Assembly (NCBI GenBank): GCA_000002435.2
Contig: CM018793.1
Length of the DNA: 64,000 nt
Source: Giardia intestinalis
Taxonomy: Eukaryota
Strand: one strand, 5' to 3'
The notes under the pieces are model-generated. The model made no database searches and was not told where the DNA came from. It was given only the letters and a program-made list of their open reading frames with translations. The position numbers and the translations under genes are program-made. Shown in pieces: positions 19,567 through 29,797 of the stretch. How positions within the stretch are numbered: position 1 is the first letter of the stretch; every line of letters starts with the position of its first letter.

Positions 19567-21195
19567 ATGGACCTTCATTCCGCCTCGCTGCTCGGAGGGC
19601 TCGTGGTTACATTGGCTTTTTTGCTGATCCTGTATTATAAACATTTGCGGAAGACGCGGCTGCGGCTTTCCCGGGCTTCTTTGAGTGAAAAGCTATCTGT
19701 GGCCACTGGATGGATAGGCCTGACGGGAGTACGCCCAACAATGGAAGATGGCCACGTCATCAATCTTGCATTAAGATATGAGGGAGATAACTCTGAAGAT
19801 TCCTATCCAGCGGAGAATTGCCATCAGCCCTCTGTTTGCCTCTTTGGAATTTTCGACGGGCACAGCGGGACGGCATGCAGTAATTATCTTAAGACAAATT
19901 TACAGAACCTAATATCCAAGGAGCGAGATGTGTTCTATGGGGCAAGCAGCGAGGACGTATGCGAAGCGCTCTGCAGAGCCTTCCTCGCAGCAGACTCAGC
20001 CTTTGCTGACATCTTCTTCGCAGCCAACAAAAAGCACGGGGATCGATCCTCCGTGATACTCCCCACCCCAGGCTCGACAGCATGCATCGGCCTTCTGAAC
20101 AAAGACATGCTCTATGTGGCAAACGTAGGTGACTCTCGCGCAGTGCTCGGCCGTGTTAATAACGCAGACCTCTCTGTATTCCACGTCGACTTGAGCAAGG
20201 ACCACAAACCCAACCGATCTTCGGAAACAATGAGGATACTATCTGCTGGCGGCTCCGTACAGGCATCCCACGTGTCATCTAATAAGTGCCTTGTCAGCGT
20301 TGGCCCTCTTCGCGTTTGGCCAGGTGGACTCAGTGTCTCTCGCGGTATCGGGGACTTTTCTTTGAAAGCTAACAAAGAGTTAAAAAAACAGGGAATCCGG
20401 GGAGACCTCATCTCTGCGTATCCAGAAATCAGGTATACCGTGACAAACATTTGCGATCAATTTTTAGTTATTGCCTGCGACGGCGTTTATGACGTTCTCA
20501 GTAGCAAGGAGGTGGTCGAATTTGTGTACGCTAACCGACCCACAATAATGATTGATGAGATGAAAGCGGCGATGGGGCATAATACAGGTATGGTCGTTGG
20601 CTCCCATGTCGAGGATGAGTTTTCGGATTCCCCACTAGATCAATGCAGCTCCGGCTCCAGCTCCTGTCAAACGCAGAATATCACCAAATCCAAGTATCGC
20701 AATCTTTTAAGAAAGGCACTGCACGGTATAAAGCGGCTGTTTTTCCTCGTCCACCGCTTCTGTGCCGTGCTTTACTACAAGCTACTATCCACTCCACTTA
20801 ACCCCTCAGAGGCCTCAGTGGAGCTCAACGGGGGCGAAGAACCCGCCGACAACCTTGAACTCAACGAGGACATGATCCAGCAAGTTGATTGTCTGTGCGC
20901 ACAAAAGCTGGCCGAGAAACTCGCCCACCTTGCTCTAGAGCGTGAGGCGACAGATAACATAAGCGTTATCGTGGTACTCTTCCGATGGAAGGGAATAACT
21001 CCAAACACCATAGGAGGGTGGCGTGCTTATAACCAAGTGCTCACTATGCACTCGCTCAGGGAGGACGGAGACCTACGCCCACCAATACCAGACCTCTCCG
21101 ACGAGAGCTCATGTATAGCAAGAAACCACGCCGACGACGTCACTCTGTGGATCAGCAAGGACGACCCTAGTTACCCGTTTATCCGAAGCAAGTGA
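19567..21195 (+). CDS. Protein phosphatase 2C (PPM family) with N-terminal transmembrane anchor
   Basis: PP2C motifs FGIFDGHSG, VANVGDSRAVL, LSKDHKPNRSSE, LSVSRGIGDFSLK, FLVIACDGVYDVLS. N-terminal hydrophobic helix LLGGLVVTLAFLLILYY. Confidence 0.9.
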   Translation: MDLHSASLLGGLVVTLAFLLILYYKHLRKTRLRLSRASLSEKLSVATGWIGLTGVRPTMEDGHVINLALRYEGDNSEDSYPAENCHQPSVCLFGIFDGHSGTACSNYLKTNLQNLISKERDVFYGASSEDVCEALCRAFLAADSAFADIFFAANKKHGDRSSVILPTPGSTACIGLLNKDMLYVANVGDSRAVLGRVNNADLSVFHVDLSKDHKPNRSSETMRILSAGGSVQASHVSSNKCLVSVGPLRVWPGGLSVSRGIGDFSLKANKELKKQGIRGDLISAYPEIRYTVTNICDQFLVIACDGVYDVLSSKEVVEFVYANRPTIMIDEMKAAMGHNTGMVVGSHVEDEFSDSPLDQCSSGSSSCQTQNITKSKYRNLLRKALHGIKRLFFLVHRFCAVLYYKLLSTPLNPSEASVELNGGEEPADNLELNEDMIQQVDCLCAQKLAEKLAHLALEREATDNISVIVVLFRWKGITPNTIGGWRAYNQVLTMHSLREDGDLRPPIPDLSDESSCIARNHADDVTLWISKDDPSYPFIRSK

Positions 21196-21262
21196 GCTGC
21201 TATCCAGAGAGAGCCAACAAATATAGCATAAGACAGACCATACGTCCATAATACCACTTCGT

Positions 21263-21868
21263 TTAGTAGCACAATCTGTAGTAGAGATGTTTCCCCGCAC
21301 TGCCCGACGTTCGTGTTATTCTGATGAGGTCCCCTGGCTTCGCGTCATACCACCGCATGATGGGATCCGACGTTTGAATGAGAGGTATTTGTGCTTCCGT
21401 GACCCGGAGCTCAGCTAAAACTCTGGCCTTTTCAGTGTTCGATAGGATGGTGTGCTTCGGTACGAGACGGTGCTTTGTGGGATTGATAAGAAACTGAGAA
21501 AAGTCGTGTATGTCTACTTCTACATCATTAATCACACGGTGCTCTGATCTACACGAGATCGCTGGACCGCCGAAGTAGACAAAGAGGCACTTTTGAACGG
21601 CCTCTTGGTCCACGTACTGCCCGATTGCTGCAGAAGCATCGACCCACGGAAGTATACTGTATACCACAGCGGTAGCCACAGGGCCCTTTGTAATGATAAA
21701 CCAGAGGGGTCGAAGGTTAGTAACGTTATCATCTATTAGTCGTCCCACCTCCTCAGCGGAGAGTCCCATCTGCTTTTCCAGGGGCCCCATCTCATACCCT
21801 CTATCGCGGTACATTTCAAGAACGACCGTATGCACGCGGGCAATGTGGTCCAGCGCAAGCGAGTCCAT
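21263..21868 (-). CDS. RPB5: DNA-directed RNA polymerases I/II/III common subunit RPB5 (RPABC1)
   Basis: C-terminal RPB5 domain: HRLVPKHTILSNTEKARVLAELRVTEAQIPLIQTSDPIMRWYDAKPGDLIRITRTSGSAGKHLYYRLC, compared with the human …HELVPEH…LP.[33 protein letters not shown]. Confidence 0.85.
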   Translation of the reverse strand: MDSLALDHIARVHTVVLEMYRDRGYEMGPLEKQMGLSAEEVGRLIDDNVTNLRPLWFIITKGPVATAVVYSILPWVDASAAIGQYVDQEAVQKCLFVYFGGPAISCRSEHRVINDVEVDIHDFSQFLINPTKHRLVPKHTILSNTEKARVLAELRVTEAQIPLIQTSDPIMRWYDAKPGDLIRITRTSGSAGKHLYYRLCY

Positions 21869-22139
21869 TTATTTTAAATGCAATGTCAGTAGAGAGTAAA
21901 TCGAGAGTAAACTACGAGTTGTCAGCTGCGCGGAGGCAAGGACGCTGGAAAACATATGGGGGACGTGCGCAGATTAACATGGGTGCATCAGCCAGGTGAA
22001 TTGCCCGGTGATTGTCGACACAGTTGAGCGGAAGGACCTTGTGCCCCCGCAGACAGCAGCAAATAAAAAAATTCAAAAATATAAAGACCTAAAAAACTGC
22101 GCACATTTGTGCCGCCAGATCTCTTGGGATCCCGAGGTG

Positions 22140-23237
22140 ATGTCAACAGCTATCTCCTCTGGGAAGCCTTACAAATTCCACGTCAAGCTGTGCGTTTTAG
22201 ACTATCACAAGCAGACCGCAACTCCCGTATTCAGTGGGCAGATAGAGTTTTCACGCCTAGAGGAATTTATGGCAGCCATAGAGGAGCATGTTCTTGCGAA
22301 CAATGTAGTAGAGTTTAAACCAAACCACCTGTATTATAAACTGAGCAAGACCACGTTTGATCCCTTTGACAGCAAAAACATATCCTTTGTACAACGTAAC
22401 AACGGTAAGTTAATATCCCTCAACTACTATCGCAACGGGCCCGTGTCCCAGCAGGAGGTCGATAAGCGCACGCCCCCGCGCACCGTACGGCGCTCTACGT
22501 ACCATTCAGAGGAAAATGAGCAAAGGATACAAGCTCTCTCTCAGCTCCTCAGCACCAAATTTTCGGATGTCATACTGGAGCGTAGTATCTGGAACATCAT
22601 CGCGGCAGACATGCTCGTCAAAAATATAAACCCCGACACCCTTGACGCTCTTCCAGACGACTACTACACCTTTCAAGAGGCCCAGTCAATGATCAGGACG
22701 ACTCCAGCGTACATGGACGAGGGTCTTAGCACGTCAGTTAGTGACTACAGCTTCATGCAAGCACACACAAATTTACCGAGTAATTGCATCCAGACCATTC
22801 CACCGCACGACTCTGTATCTCAGCCAATGCCCTATCACGCCGCTTCCAAGACGATACAAAGCATGCAATCCGTGGAGCCTGGCCGGAAGCTTCTTTGTAT
22901 GGATTTGGTCTTCAAGAACGTTGTCATGGATGCGGTCCAGGAGATCACAGACGCGGTCCAGAAAATACAGGAAAAGTACATGTCGAGCACATACGCATGC
23001 AGCACCAATAACACCATCGGTATAGGAAGCGGAAGACAGACAGACGACGAGGAGGATGATGATGACGACCGCGTGGGGCGCGCCGTAGGGGAAGGTCCCG
23101 AGGGAGATATCGACTTACTCACTCATCGCGGGCATGATCGGGGTGCCAGAAGAAATGAGCCCGACGACGGCCCTTCAATTAGAGGTGTTTCTAGTGGTCC
23201 TCTTTCTATGCTCGGCATCGGTCCAAAGGTCAACTAG
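22140..23237 (+). CDS. Hypothetical protein with acidic (DDEEDDDDD) C-terminal region
   Basis: ORF-track start 21996 is GTG. The first in-frame ATG is 22140. An AT-rich stretch (AAATAAAAAAATTCAAAAATATAAAG) lies 60-100 bp upstream. Confidence 0.45.
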   Translation: MSTAISSGKPYKFHVKLCVLDYHKQTATPVFSGQIEFSRLEEFMAAIEEHVLANNVVEFKPNHLYYKLSKTTFDPFDSKNISFVQRNNGKLISLNYYRNGPVSQQEVDKRTPPRTVRRSTYHSEENEQRIQALSQLLSTKFSDVILERSIWNIIAADMLVKNINPDTLDALPDDYYTFQEAQSMIRTTPAYMDEGLSTSVSDYSFMQAHTNLPSNCIQTIPPHDSVSQPMPYHAASKTIQSMQSVEPGRKLLCMDLVFKNVVMDAVQEITDAVQKIQEKYMSSTYACSTNNTIGIGSGRQTDDEEDDDDDRVGRAVGEGPEGDIDLLTHRGHDRGARRNEPDDGPSIRGVSSGPLSMLGIGPKVN

Positions 23238-23367
23238 TCATAAAAGGTGTCACCTCAGACGTAAATACTATATTCACTGATCCTTTGCTTGCGTCAGTCT
23301 CGGCAGAGGAAGACCTTTCGCAAATTTGAGGCTCTTTAAATTTTTCAGACGGAGCCATTTGACACAC

Positions 23368-24732
23368 ATGTCGCTAGTGCTATCGGCCCTTGGCAGCTCA
23401 GGCACTGAGAATCGTCTGCAGAGAAGCGGGAGCCGTCATAGAGGCCTCAGCTATAAGTCAGATAGGCTGAAAGTCTCTCTTGTCCTGTCGGTACCTAAAA
23501 CTGGTCCGAGTGCAGAAGAAACATTAAAGGAAGACATACGGTTCATAGACCGGCTAAAGCACCCTCATATCTCTAGGATCACGGCAGCAGTAAAGGATAA
23601 ATCGGATTATTACGAAGTATGTCTTTCAACCCACATCGAGGGGCAAACCCTCAGAGACCTTATAGATTGCAAGGCTGCAGATTCGGCTGTGATTGCAGAA
23701 GATAAGGTTTGGGCCATCTTGGCCCAACTCCTGGATGCAGCAGCTGCCTGTCAACGTCTTTACCGGTCACATCTGAATATCGCACCGTCGAACATTTATA
23801 TCTCTGACCTGTACTACGTTAAACTGGGGCGTCCGCTATTGACCAGTGAGCGGAAAGAGACGACGACCTGGTCAAGCGACACCACCCCATACAAGAGTCT
23901 AGAGGTCATCAGTGGCACATCCTTCTCCCCAGCCTCTGACGTGTGGTCCATTGGATGTATTGTCTATGAACTCTGTACTTTAACACCCCTATTCACAGCC
24001 CGATCTGTCAACGATATGCTTCAAGATCTTCAAGAGATTTCTCGCCTGGAGTTCATCCCGGGATACTCCGCAGATCTCTTTTTGCTGCTTACGCAAATGC
24101 TCGCAGTAGACGAAGCAGCTCGCATCTCTGCTTCTGACGCTCTACGACATCCACGAATCCGGCATTCTGTCGGGCAATTCAGATACAACATCGAAACAGA
24201 GTTATCAGAGCTTACCTTTGAGGACCTCCCAGAGCTCTTCACTGAGAAGAGAGTGCAAAAGCTAGGAGGCAGTCAAACGCGGAGACAGGGAGGAAGTGTG
24301 TTGCAGACCTGTGAACCCTCTACTCGGAGGGATTCGCCTTCGTGTAAGAGCCGGGTTAACGCAAGCGCCACCGCTGTGAAGGGCGCCATACGAAATCTAG
24401 CCATCTCCAGACTATCTATGAGCCTTCAGGAGTGCGTCAAGATGGCGGAGAACAAAAACACTGGGCCGTCCAGATCAGCTGTCATGGAGGACCGGGCTGC
24501 CAGGGCGATTAAACATGAAGAGTTTGATGGCCCGGTATCATCACCAGATTTGGCCATGTCTCCCGGGGAGTCTGCCATCATCAACTCTCTAGAGATTCTT
24601 CTGCGGCCTTGCGATCACGTGATGACGACCACGGAGTATGCTCGCTTGCTAGACTTGAGGCGCTGCCCTAGTTGTGGGGGCAAGGTTAAGAGCATAGAGT
24701 TTATAAACGAGCTCACGTCCATAAGGATATGA
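23368..24732 (+). CDS. NEK-like protein kinase-fold protein, predicted catalytically inactive (pseudokinase)
   Basis: Kinase subdomains VIII-XI are recognisable (SPASDVWSIGCIVYELCTLTPLF), but HRD is replaced (SHLNIAPSNIYI) and the DFG region is degenerate. ORF-track start 23326 is TTG; the first ATG is 23368. Confidence 0.6.
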   Translation: MSLVLSALGSSGTENRLQRSGSRHRGLSYKSDRLKVSLVLSVPKTGPSAEETLKEDIRFIDRLKHPHISRITAAVKDKSDYYEVCLSTHIEGQTLRDLIDCKAADSAVIAEDKVWAILAQLLDAAAACQRLYRSHLNIAPSNIYISDLYYVKLGRPLLTSERKETTTWSSDTTPYKSLEVISGTSFSPASDVWSIGCIVYELCTLTPLFTARSVNDMLQDLQEISRLEFIPGYSADLFLLLTQMLAVDEAARISASDALRHPRIRHSVGQFRYNIETELSELTFEDLPELFTEKRVQKLGGSQTRRQGGSVLQTCEPSTRRDSPSCKSRVNASATAVKGAIRNLAISRLSMSLQECVKMAENKNTGPSRSAVMEDRAARAIKHEEFDGPVSSPDLAMSPGESAIINSLEILLRPCDHVMTTTEYARLLDLRRCPSCGGKVKSIEFINELTSIRI

Positions 24733-24790
24733 TGTGCTTGGTTTAGTAACTTTCCAATTCTTCGCAGGATATCTGGCAAGAAATGTGAAT

Positions 24791-24804
24791 TTTCCATTTA
24801 AAAA
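24791..24804 (+). promoter_or_regulatory. AT-rich initiator-like promoter element (TTTCCATTTAAAAA) abutting the NEK kinase ATG
   Basis: Giardia core promoters are short AT-rich initiators within about 20 nt of the start codon. Confidence 0.4.
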
Positions 24805-26550
24805 ATGTCACAAAGGCACGACTACCCAGCCCTCAAGGACTACGAGATAATCGGCTTTCTTGGCCAGGGACAGTTCGGCGCGGTCCACAAAGTTAAATCA
24901 AAGACTTCTGGGCAAATTTACGCGTGCAAAATAATGAGGTATGAGAACATGTCCCGGAAGGAGAAGCAGCTGCTTCACAGCGAAATAAACCTACATAAAA
25001 AACTATCGCACAAAAATATCGTCCAGTACTATCGCACCATACTGGGCGAAGAGTCGAAGGAAATATATCTTTTAACGGAGTACTGCGGCAAAGGCGATCT
25101 TCTCAAGTTTGTCAAGGAGTATCCTCAGAAGATCATCCCCGAGGCTACCATCTGGAACATAATGGGGCAGCTTCTGCAAGCTCTCCAGTACTGTCACTCT
25201 CCCACAAAACCAGGGTTTGACTATGGGACCGTCATTATCCACCGTGATATTAAGCCTGCAAATGTGCTTATTCGTGACGATGGCTGCATAAAGCTATGTG
25301 ATTTTGGATTTTCCAAATCTTGCGGCCTTAATGAGGTTGCCGTCACCATTCTTGGATCTCCCATGTACACGGCTCCCGAGTTGTTCAAGCGGCAGCCGTA
25401 CAACGAAAAGGCAGACATCTGGTCACTGGGATGCGTTATGCACCACGTCTGCACCCGTGCTGTCCCATTTATCGCTACTACCAAGGAAGGCCTTACGAAG
25501 CAGATCTTGGAAGACCAGAGGACCCCGCTTCCGTCTCAGTACTCAAAGGAGCTCGTAAAGTTCCTCCAATCCATGATAACGCAAGACCCAGACAAGCGAC
25601 CTAGTGCTTCAGAACTTCTTCTTTGCCCAAAGTTTAAAGAAGTGGGTGTAGTAACGGCAGAAGACCATCAGGCCGAACTGAAAGAGCCCCAAAAGGATGT
25701 CCAAGAACTCGCCACCACAATAGCACAGAAGAACTCCGAGATAGAGTCTCTTCAAGCCCAAGTAACGGAGCAGGCAAGGACCATTGAGAAACTAGAACGG
25801 CAACGCAGCAATGTAGGGGACCTTCAAAAGGTACAGGAGGAGCTGAACGCCGCTCAGCACGAACTCAAGCTTCTTGACGACACCAATAAATCCCTCAGAA
25901 TGCTATCGGACTCCAGGATGCAACTCATAATTCAATTAAGGGCGGAGATTGACGCACTCAGGGAAAAGGACACTTCACATACCAACAGCCTGGTGAGCAG
26001 CGCGCACGGAATGACCGGATTGCACATTGCAGCAAGGGGAGGAGATACAGACCAGGTGAAGAAGCTTCTATCGGCTGATGCCGGCAAAAAGACCTCCAAG
26101 GGCGAGACTGCTCTCATGTTTGCTGCTGCCAACGGTTATGATGCGTGTGTGAAGCTGCTTATTGAGGATGAAGCAGGAATTCAGGATAAGTATGGGGGCA
26201 CAGCCTTGATGCGAGCTGCGATGAATGGTCATCTTGGAGCGGTGCGGCTGCTGAAGACGGTCGAAATGGGCGTCTCTGGATCCCGCGGGGAGACGGCCAT
26301 GATGTATGCTGCATACTACGGCCATCTAACCATTGTCAAGGAGCTCAGCGTCAGTGAAAGTAAGAAGCAAATGAAGGACGGAACTACGGCTCTCATGATG
26401 GCCATCGCAGGGAATTCTCAGTCCTGCGTAGACTTCCTTCTGAAAGAAGAGGGCAAATTGTGCCGCGTCTCTGGTGAAACCCCGTTGCAGCTTGCACGGG
26501 CGATGGGCAACCAGCATCTAGCGGACCTTTTGGCTGTTGACGCAGAGTAG
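24805..26550 (+). CDS. NEK-family serine/threonine kinase with coiled coil and C-terminal ankyrin repeats
   Basis: Intact catalytic motifs: GQGQFGAV, ACK, HRDIKPANVL, DFG, YTAPE, DIWSLGCV. A coiled-coil linker and ankyrin repeats follow (TGLHIAARGGD…GETALMFAAANGYDACVKLL…). AT-rich initiator CATTTAAAAAATG. Confidence 0.85.
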   Translation: MSQRHDYPALKDYEIIGFLGQGQFGAVHKVKSKTSGQIYACKIMRYENMSRKEKQLLHSEINLHKKLSHKNIVQYYRTILGEESKEIYLLTEYCGKGDLLKFVKEYPQKIIPEATIWNIMGQLLQALQYCHSPTKPGFDYGTVIIHRDIKPANVLIRDDGCIKLCDFGFSKSCGLNEVAVTILGSPMYTAPELFKRQPYNEKADIWSLGCVMHHVCTRAVPFIATTKEGLTKQILEDQRTPLPSQYSKELVKFLQSMITQDPDKRPSASELLLCPKFKEVGVVTAEDHQAELKEPQKDVQELATTIAQKNSEIESLQAQVTEQARTIEKLERQRSNVGDLQKVQEELNAAQHELKLLDDTNKSLRMLSDSRMQLIIQLRAEIDALREKDTSHTNSLVSSAHGMTGLHIAARGGDTDQVKKLLSADAGKKTSKGETALMFAAANGYDACVKLLIEDEAGIQDKYGGTALMRAAMNGHLGAVRLLKTVEMGVSGSRGETAMMYAAYYGHLTIVKELSVSESKKQMKDGTTALMMAIAGNSQSCVDFLLKEEGKLCRVSGETPLQLARAMGNQHLADLLAVDAE

Positions 26551-26597
26551 TGCCACTTAGCTAGTATTTAATCCGTAGTAAAAATTCAAAAATTTCT

Positions 26598-27245
26598 ATG
26601 AATCGACACGTATACTACACAAAGGAAGACGTCGCGCAGCACTGCACGGCAGATGATTGCTGGATTTCGCACCATGGGCGAGTCTTTGACTACACATCTA
26701 TCATCAAATCCAACCCAGCCAATCTCGTTGAAAGCATTGTCCGCGCTGCAGGCGGAGACATAACGTCATGGTTTAATCCTGCGACAGGAGACCCCTTTAT
26801 TATGGAGGACCCCGTCACCGGGGAGAACCTCTATCGACACCCGAATGGGCTCCCACTGCTTCATTCTTGTATACCCTACCCGGCGATGGACATGCCCGTC
26901 CCGCCTGAAACTCCGTGGTGGAGGGATAGTAGATATGAGATAGGTCTACTGAGCAAGAATTCGCGGCCACTTGAAATTCTAAACACCCTCACAGAGCATC
27001 GGCACATGATTACTGTCCCCGAGGAAGAGACGCTTGCAGAGATTGCTGCGCGGTACTCTCGGTTTAATTCTATTGCACTGACTGGGTACCGGTGGAAGTA
27101 CCTTGGAGAGGATCTGCACATGGACAAGACACTGACGGAAAACGGGATCAAGGACGAGAGAGACGTCTACCTGAAGCTCAACTGGCCTCAATCTGAGTGG
27201 TATACGCCATGTATAACGCTTATCTGGAAAGATGAGCTTATTTAG
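26598..27245 (+). CDS. CYB5D1: Cytochrome b5 domain-containing protein 1 (CYB5D1) orthologue (cilium-associated; heme-ligand histidines not evident)
   Basis: b5-like N-terminus (YTKEDVAQHCTADDCWISHHGRVFDYTSII) and CYB5D1-specific C-terminal blocks (PWWRDSRYEIGLLSKNSRPLEILNTLTEH…YRWKYLGEDLHMDKTLTENGIKDE). AGTAAAT polyA signal 4 nt after the stop. Confidence 0.8.
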   Translation: MNRHVYYTKEDVAQHCTADDCWISHHGRVFDYTSIIKSNPANLVESIVRAAGGDITSWFNPATGDPFIMEDPVTGENLYRHPNGLPLLHSCIPYPAMDMPVPPETPWWRDSRYEIGLLSKNSRPLEILNTLTEHRHMITVPEEETLAEIAARYSRFNSIALTGYRWKYLGEDLHMDKTLTENGIKDERDVYLKLNWPQSEWYTPCITLIWKDELI

Positions 27246-27248
27246 TCG

Positions 27249-27255
27249 AGTAAAT
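27249..27255 (+). promoter_or_regulatory. Polyadenylation signal AGTAAAT downstream of CYB5D1
   Basis: Lies 4 nt after the TAG stop at 27243-27245. Confidence 0.6.
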
Positions 27256-27269
27256 GGTTGTTCGGGGGC

Positions 27270-27995
27270 TTAGTACGTTCTATAGACGCATCTCAGGCAG
27301 TGCTCTGTGTTGCTGGCGCTGCGACGCTCCATGAAGGGTGCTATGCATGAAGCTGCTGTGAAGTCATCTATGAACCCCAGGTACACCTGTCGCAGCTCCT
27401 TCATACCAACAGTGAGGCCTCCTAAACCTTTTACCGGCGGAGGCTTATAGGCCCTGTTGAAAAGATCTCCAGGTCCAAGACCCAGCTCTTCAGTACAAAC
27501 TTCGTCGGCTGTGCCCAACCGACTATTGAACCACCTAATTACCTGGTCAGACAGGGTAAGTTTTTCTCCGTTCGTACGAATAACCCTACTAAACTTTGTG
27601 AAGCGCGGAATGGGGCGATGGCCCGGTGCCTGCTGCATGATTGTTGACATGTCTATCGGGCACTTCTCTGCCAGCTGCGAAAGGTAGAGGCTGCTAGAAC
27701 TGCCAGACGCCTCGTGTGGTAAGCATAATCCATTGGAGAGGCCAAAGATCTTGCCAAATGGTAGCCTCAGTGGTGTAAATGTCTTCGAAATAGTATGAGT
27801 GATGAAGGCGTATTGCTCTTTGAACCTCTTTCCGATGTGTTGCATAGGTCCCTCTAAAGCGTCAGAATGGGATAGACTTGGTGGGGTAACCTCCCTATCG
27901 GTCAAAAATTCCATCCTGAGGGCAGATGCAACCAGGGGCCACACAACAAAGCATCCAAGCGCCGACCCCAGCAGGTCAACAGGACGAGGCCTCAT
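27270..27995 (-). CDS. Hypothetical protein with N-terminal hydrophobic segment (241 aa)
   Basis: ATG at 27993-27995 (checked). N-terminal LLGSALGCFVVWPLVASAL. No recognisable catalytic motif. Confidence 0.45.
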   Translation of the reverse strand: MRPRPVDLLGSALGCFVVWPLVASALRMEFLTDREVTPPSLSHSDALEGPMQHIGKRFKEQYAFITHTISKTFTPLRLPFGKIFGLSNGLCLPHEASGSSSSLYLSQLAEKCPIDMSTIMQQAPGHRPIPRFTKFSRVIRTNGEKLTLSDQVIRWFNSRLGTADEVCTEELGLGPGDLFNRAYKPPPVKGLGGLTVGMKELRQVYLGFIDDFTAASCIAPFMERRSASNTEHCLRCVYRTY

Positions 27996-28087
27996 TTACT
28001 AACGACATTTCACAATGGAAAGGACATAAAATATGAAAAAGATAGGTTAGAATTTGAAGTTTGTTACTAAAGATCCGTGCTCGAGAA

Positions 28088-29791
28088 ATGCGCCACAACA
28101 GTTACGAACCAAGCAGGAAACGGAACCAGACTGGTGAACAACAAACCAGAGGTTATGGTATACAAATGGTGGCAATTGAGGAGGAAAATGAAGACTCTTC
28201 GAATAATCAAGCAAATAGCTCAGAGTACATATACACAGGTGAAGAGACGGTGCACGAAGAGACATACGACAGCAGCCTCCATGAAGATGAGGCTGACCAA
28301 GCACATGGAGCCCAATCTCCACAAAATGGAACAAGTAGCGAAAATCAATCTCCGACTAAGCCTCACACAAAGCAAAGAAATGCACCCAGAAATGTTCGAG
28401 ACAAAGCACCACCCTATGGAAATGACGCCAGTACAAATACCCAACACCGACGACCAAAAGAAGAGCACCCAACGAAAGAACGAAAACACAAAAAGGATCA
28501 ACAAGAAGATTGCCGGCAGCAGGGCCAGAATCATGCTAAGCAGAGTGCTAGACGAGATGGGGAGCAGACTGTATCAAGAGCAACCACTACAAGGGAAGCT
28601 TCCAAGGCTGGGGGGAAATATATTGAACCGATTGCAGCACCAAAAGACAGACCTACACAACAACAACAGCAACAGCAGCAGCAACAACGGAACAATAGCA
28701 AAAAAACTAATCATGAATATAGCATGCAGCTTTCCACCGGAAATGACTTTTTGACCGAATCAATTCAAAGGGAAAGAGACACACGGTTTCCACACCCCCA
28801 TAGGTACCCACGAGCCAGAGAGAGTAACTCAGAGTATGCAGCCATACTGGACGACTACGCTGAACTCTACAAGATACGGATAACGATTCCAGAGGAGCAG
28901 GTGGCCATGCTATCGAGGGAGTTGAAGACCATCAAAGGGCAGGTGGTTGACATTCAAAGTCGGCTGGACGACACGTTTGCCAGCGTTCTCAGATATATGG
29001 AAGAAGGCAAGCAAGACGTGAGGCAGTTAGTCTCTAGCATGCAAGGCATAAGCAGCAACATGAGTGCGTTTTATAAAGACGTGGACACGAGGCTGCGAGA
29101 CGCCAACGAGCAGATGTCAACTAAACAGCTATCACTGAAGGCTGGACCAGAACAACAGCACAACGATACTGCCATACTAGAGCTATTTGATGCCCACTTG
29201 AAGACAACCCTGAAATCATGCTTACCTGCCTATCTTCAATCTTGTCAGACCTATCCTCCCCTCGATGGAAAGGTAAATACCAATGAGGCAGGGGGCTATT
29301 GTGAGGCAGTCGACCCCATGGCTGTCAGTGTAAGACAACTTAGAGCGCCTCTGCCACTGACAGACACTAGCTCAGTGGAAGAGAAATACAAAATATTAGA
29401 ACAAAAATACAACCGAGCACTTGTAACAATAAAGGCTATGCGCCTTACTGCCGGCCTTGACTGTGTTCCCGTGAGCACGGAGGCTGACTATTTAGAGTTT
29501 CTTAGAGAGCTAGAAAGCAGAGCTGGGCCGATAAATAGAGAATTTTCCAAGGGAAGATACATGCTGAAAATTCGAGGGATAAATGACGATACAGACGCAT
29601 ACGTAGGTATCCTTGACGTGACATCCGACGACAATATTTTGTTACGGCACAGACAACTCCCAGACACATTATCTTCAGACACCAGCGAGCAACTGAAGAA
29701 GGACATGATTATGAGGATAAACGACATGTCCTACGTGGTGCACGAGATATATGAGTCACTCTTACCACCACCTAGCACAGACAATGAATAA
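28088..29791 (+). CDS. Hypothetical low-complexity Q/K/E-rich protein with poly-Gln tract and C-terminal coiled coil
   Basis: ORF-track start 28061 is TTG. The first ATG is 28088; an alternative ATG lies at 28166. Q10 tract at 28658-28687. An overlapping alternative-frame ORF (28077..28754) is judged spurious. Confidence 0.45.
   Translation: MRHNSYEPSRKRNQTGEQQTRGYGIQMVAIEEENEDSSNNQANSSEYIYTGEETVHEETYDSSLHEDEADQAHGAQSPQNGTSSENQSPTKPHTKQRNAPRNVRDKAPPYGNDASTNTQHRRPKEEHPTKERKHKKDQQEDCRQQGQNHAKQSARRDGEQTVSRATTTREASKAGGKYIEPIAAPKDRPTQQQQQQQQQQRNNSKKTNHEYSMQLSTGNDFLTESIQRERDTRFPHPHRYPRARESNSEYAAILDDYAELYKIRITIPEEQVAMLSRELKTIKGQVVDIQSRLDDTFASVLRYMEEGKQDVRQLVSSMQGISSNMSAFYKDVDTRLRDANEQMSTKQLSLKAGPEQQHNDTAILELFDAHLKTTLKSCLPAYLQSCQTYPPLDGKVNTNEAGGYCEAVDPMAVSVRQLRAPLPLTDTSSVEEKYKILEQKYNRALVTIKAMRLTAGLDCVPVSTEADYLEFLRELESRAGPINREFSKGRYMLKIRGINDDTDAYVGILDVTSDDNILLRHRQLPDTLSSDTSEQLKKDMIMRINDMSYVVHEIYESLLPPPSTDNE
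28658..28687 (+). repeat. CAA/CAG trinucleotide tract encoding Q10
   Basis: caacaacaacagcaacagcagcagcaacaa, read directly from the sequence. Confidence 0.9.
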
Positions 29792-29797
29792 GGCCGA

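Noticed and set aside
28077-28754. Alternative-frame 225-aa ORF overlapping the Q-rich gene
   Set aside because: It sits in the same low-complexity A-rich region in another frame. The longer frame with a coiled-coil C-terminus is preferred. Cannot be fully excluded.
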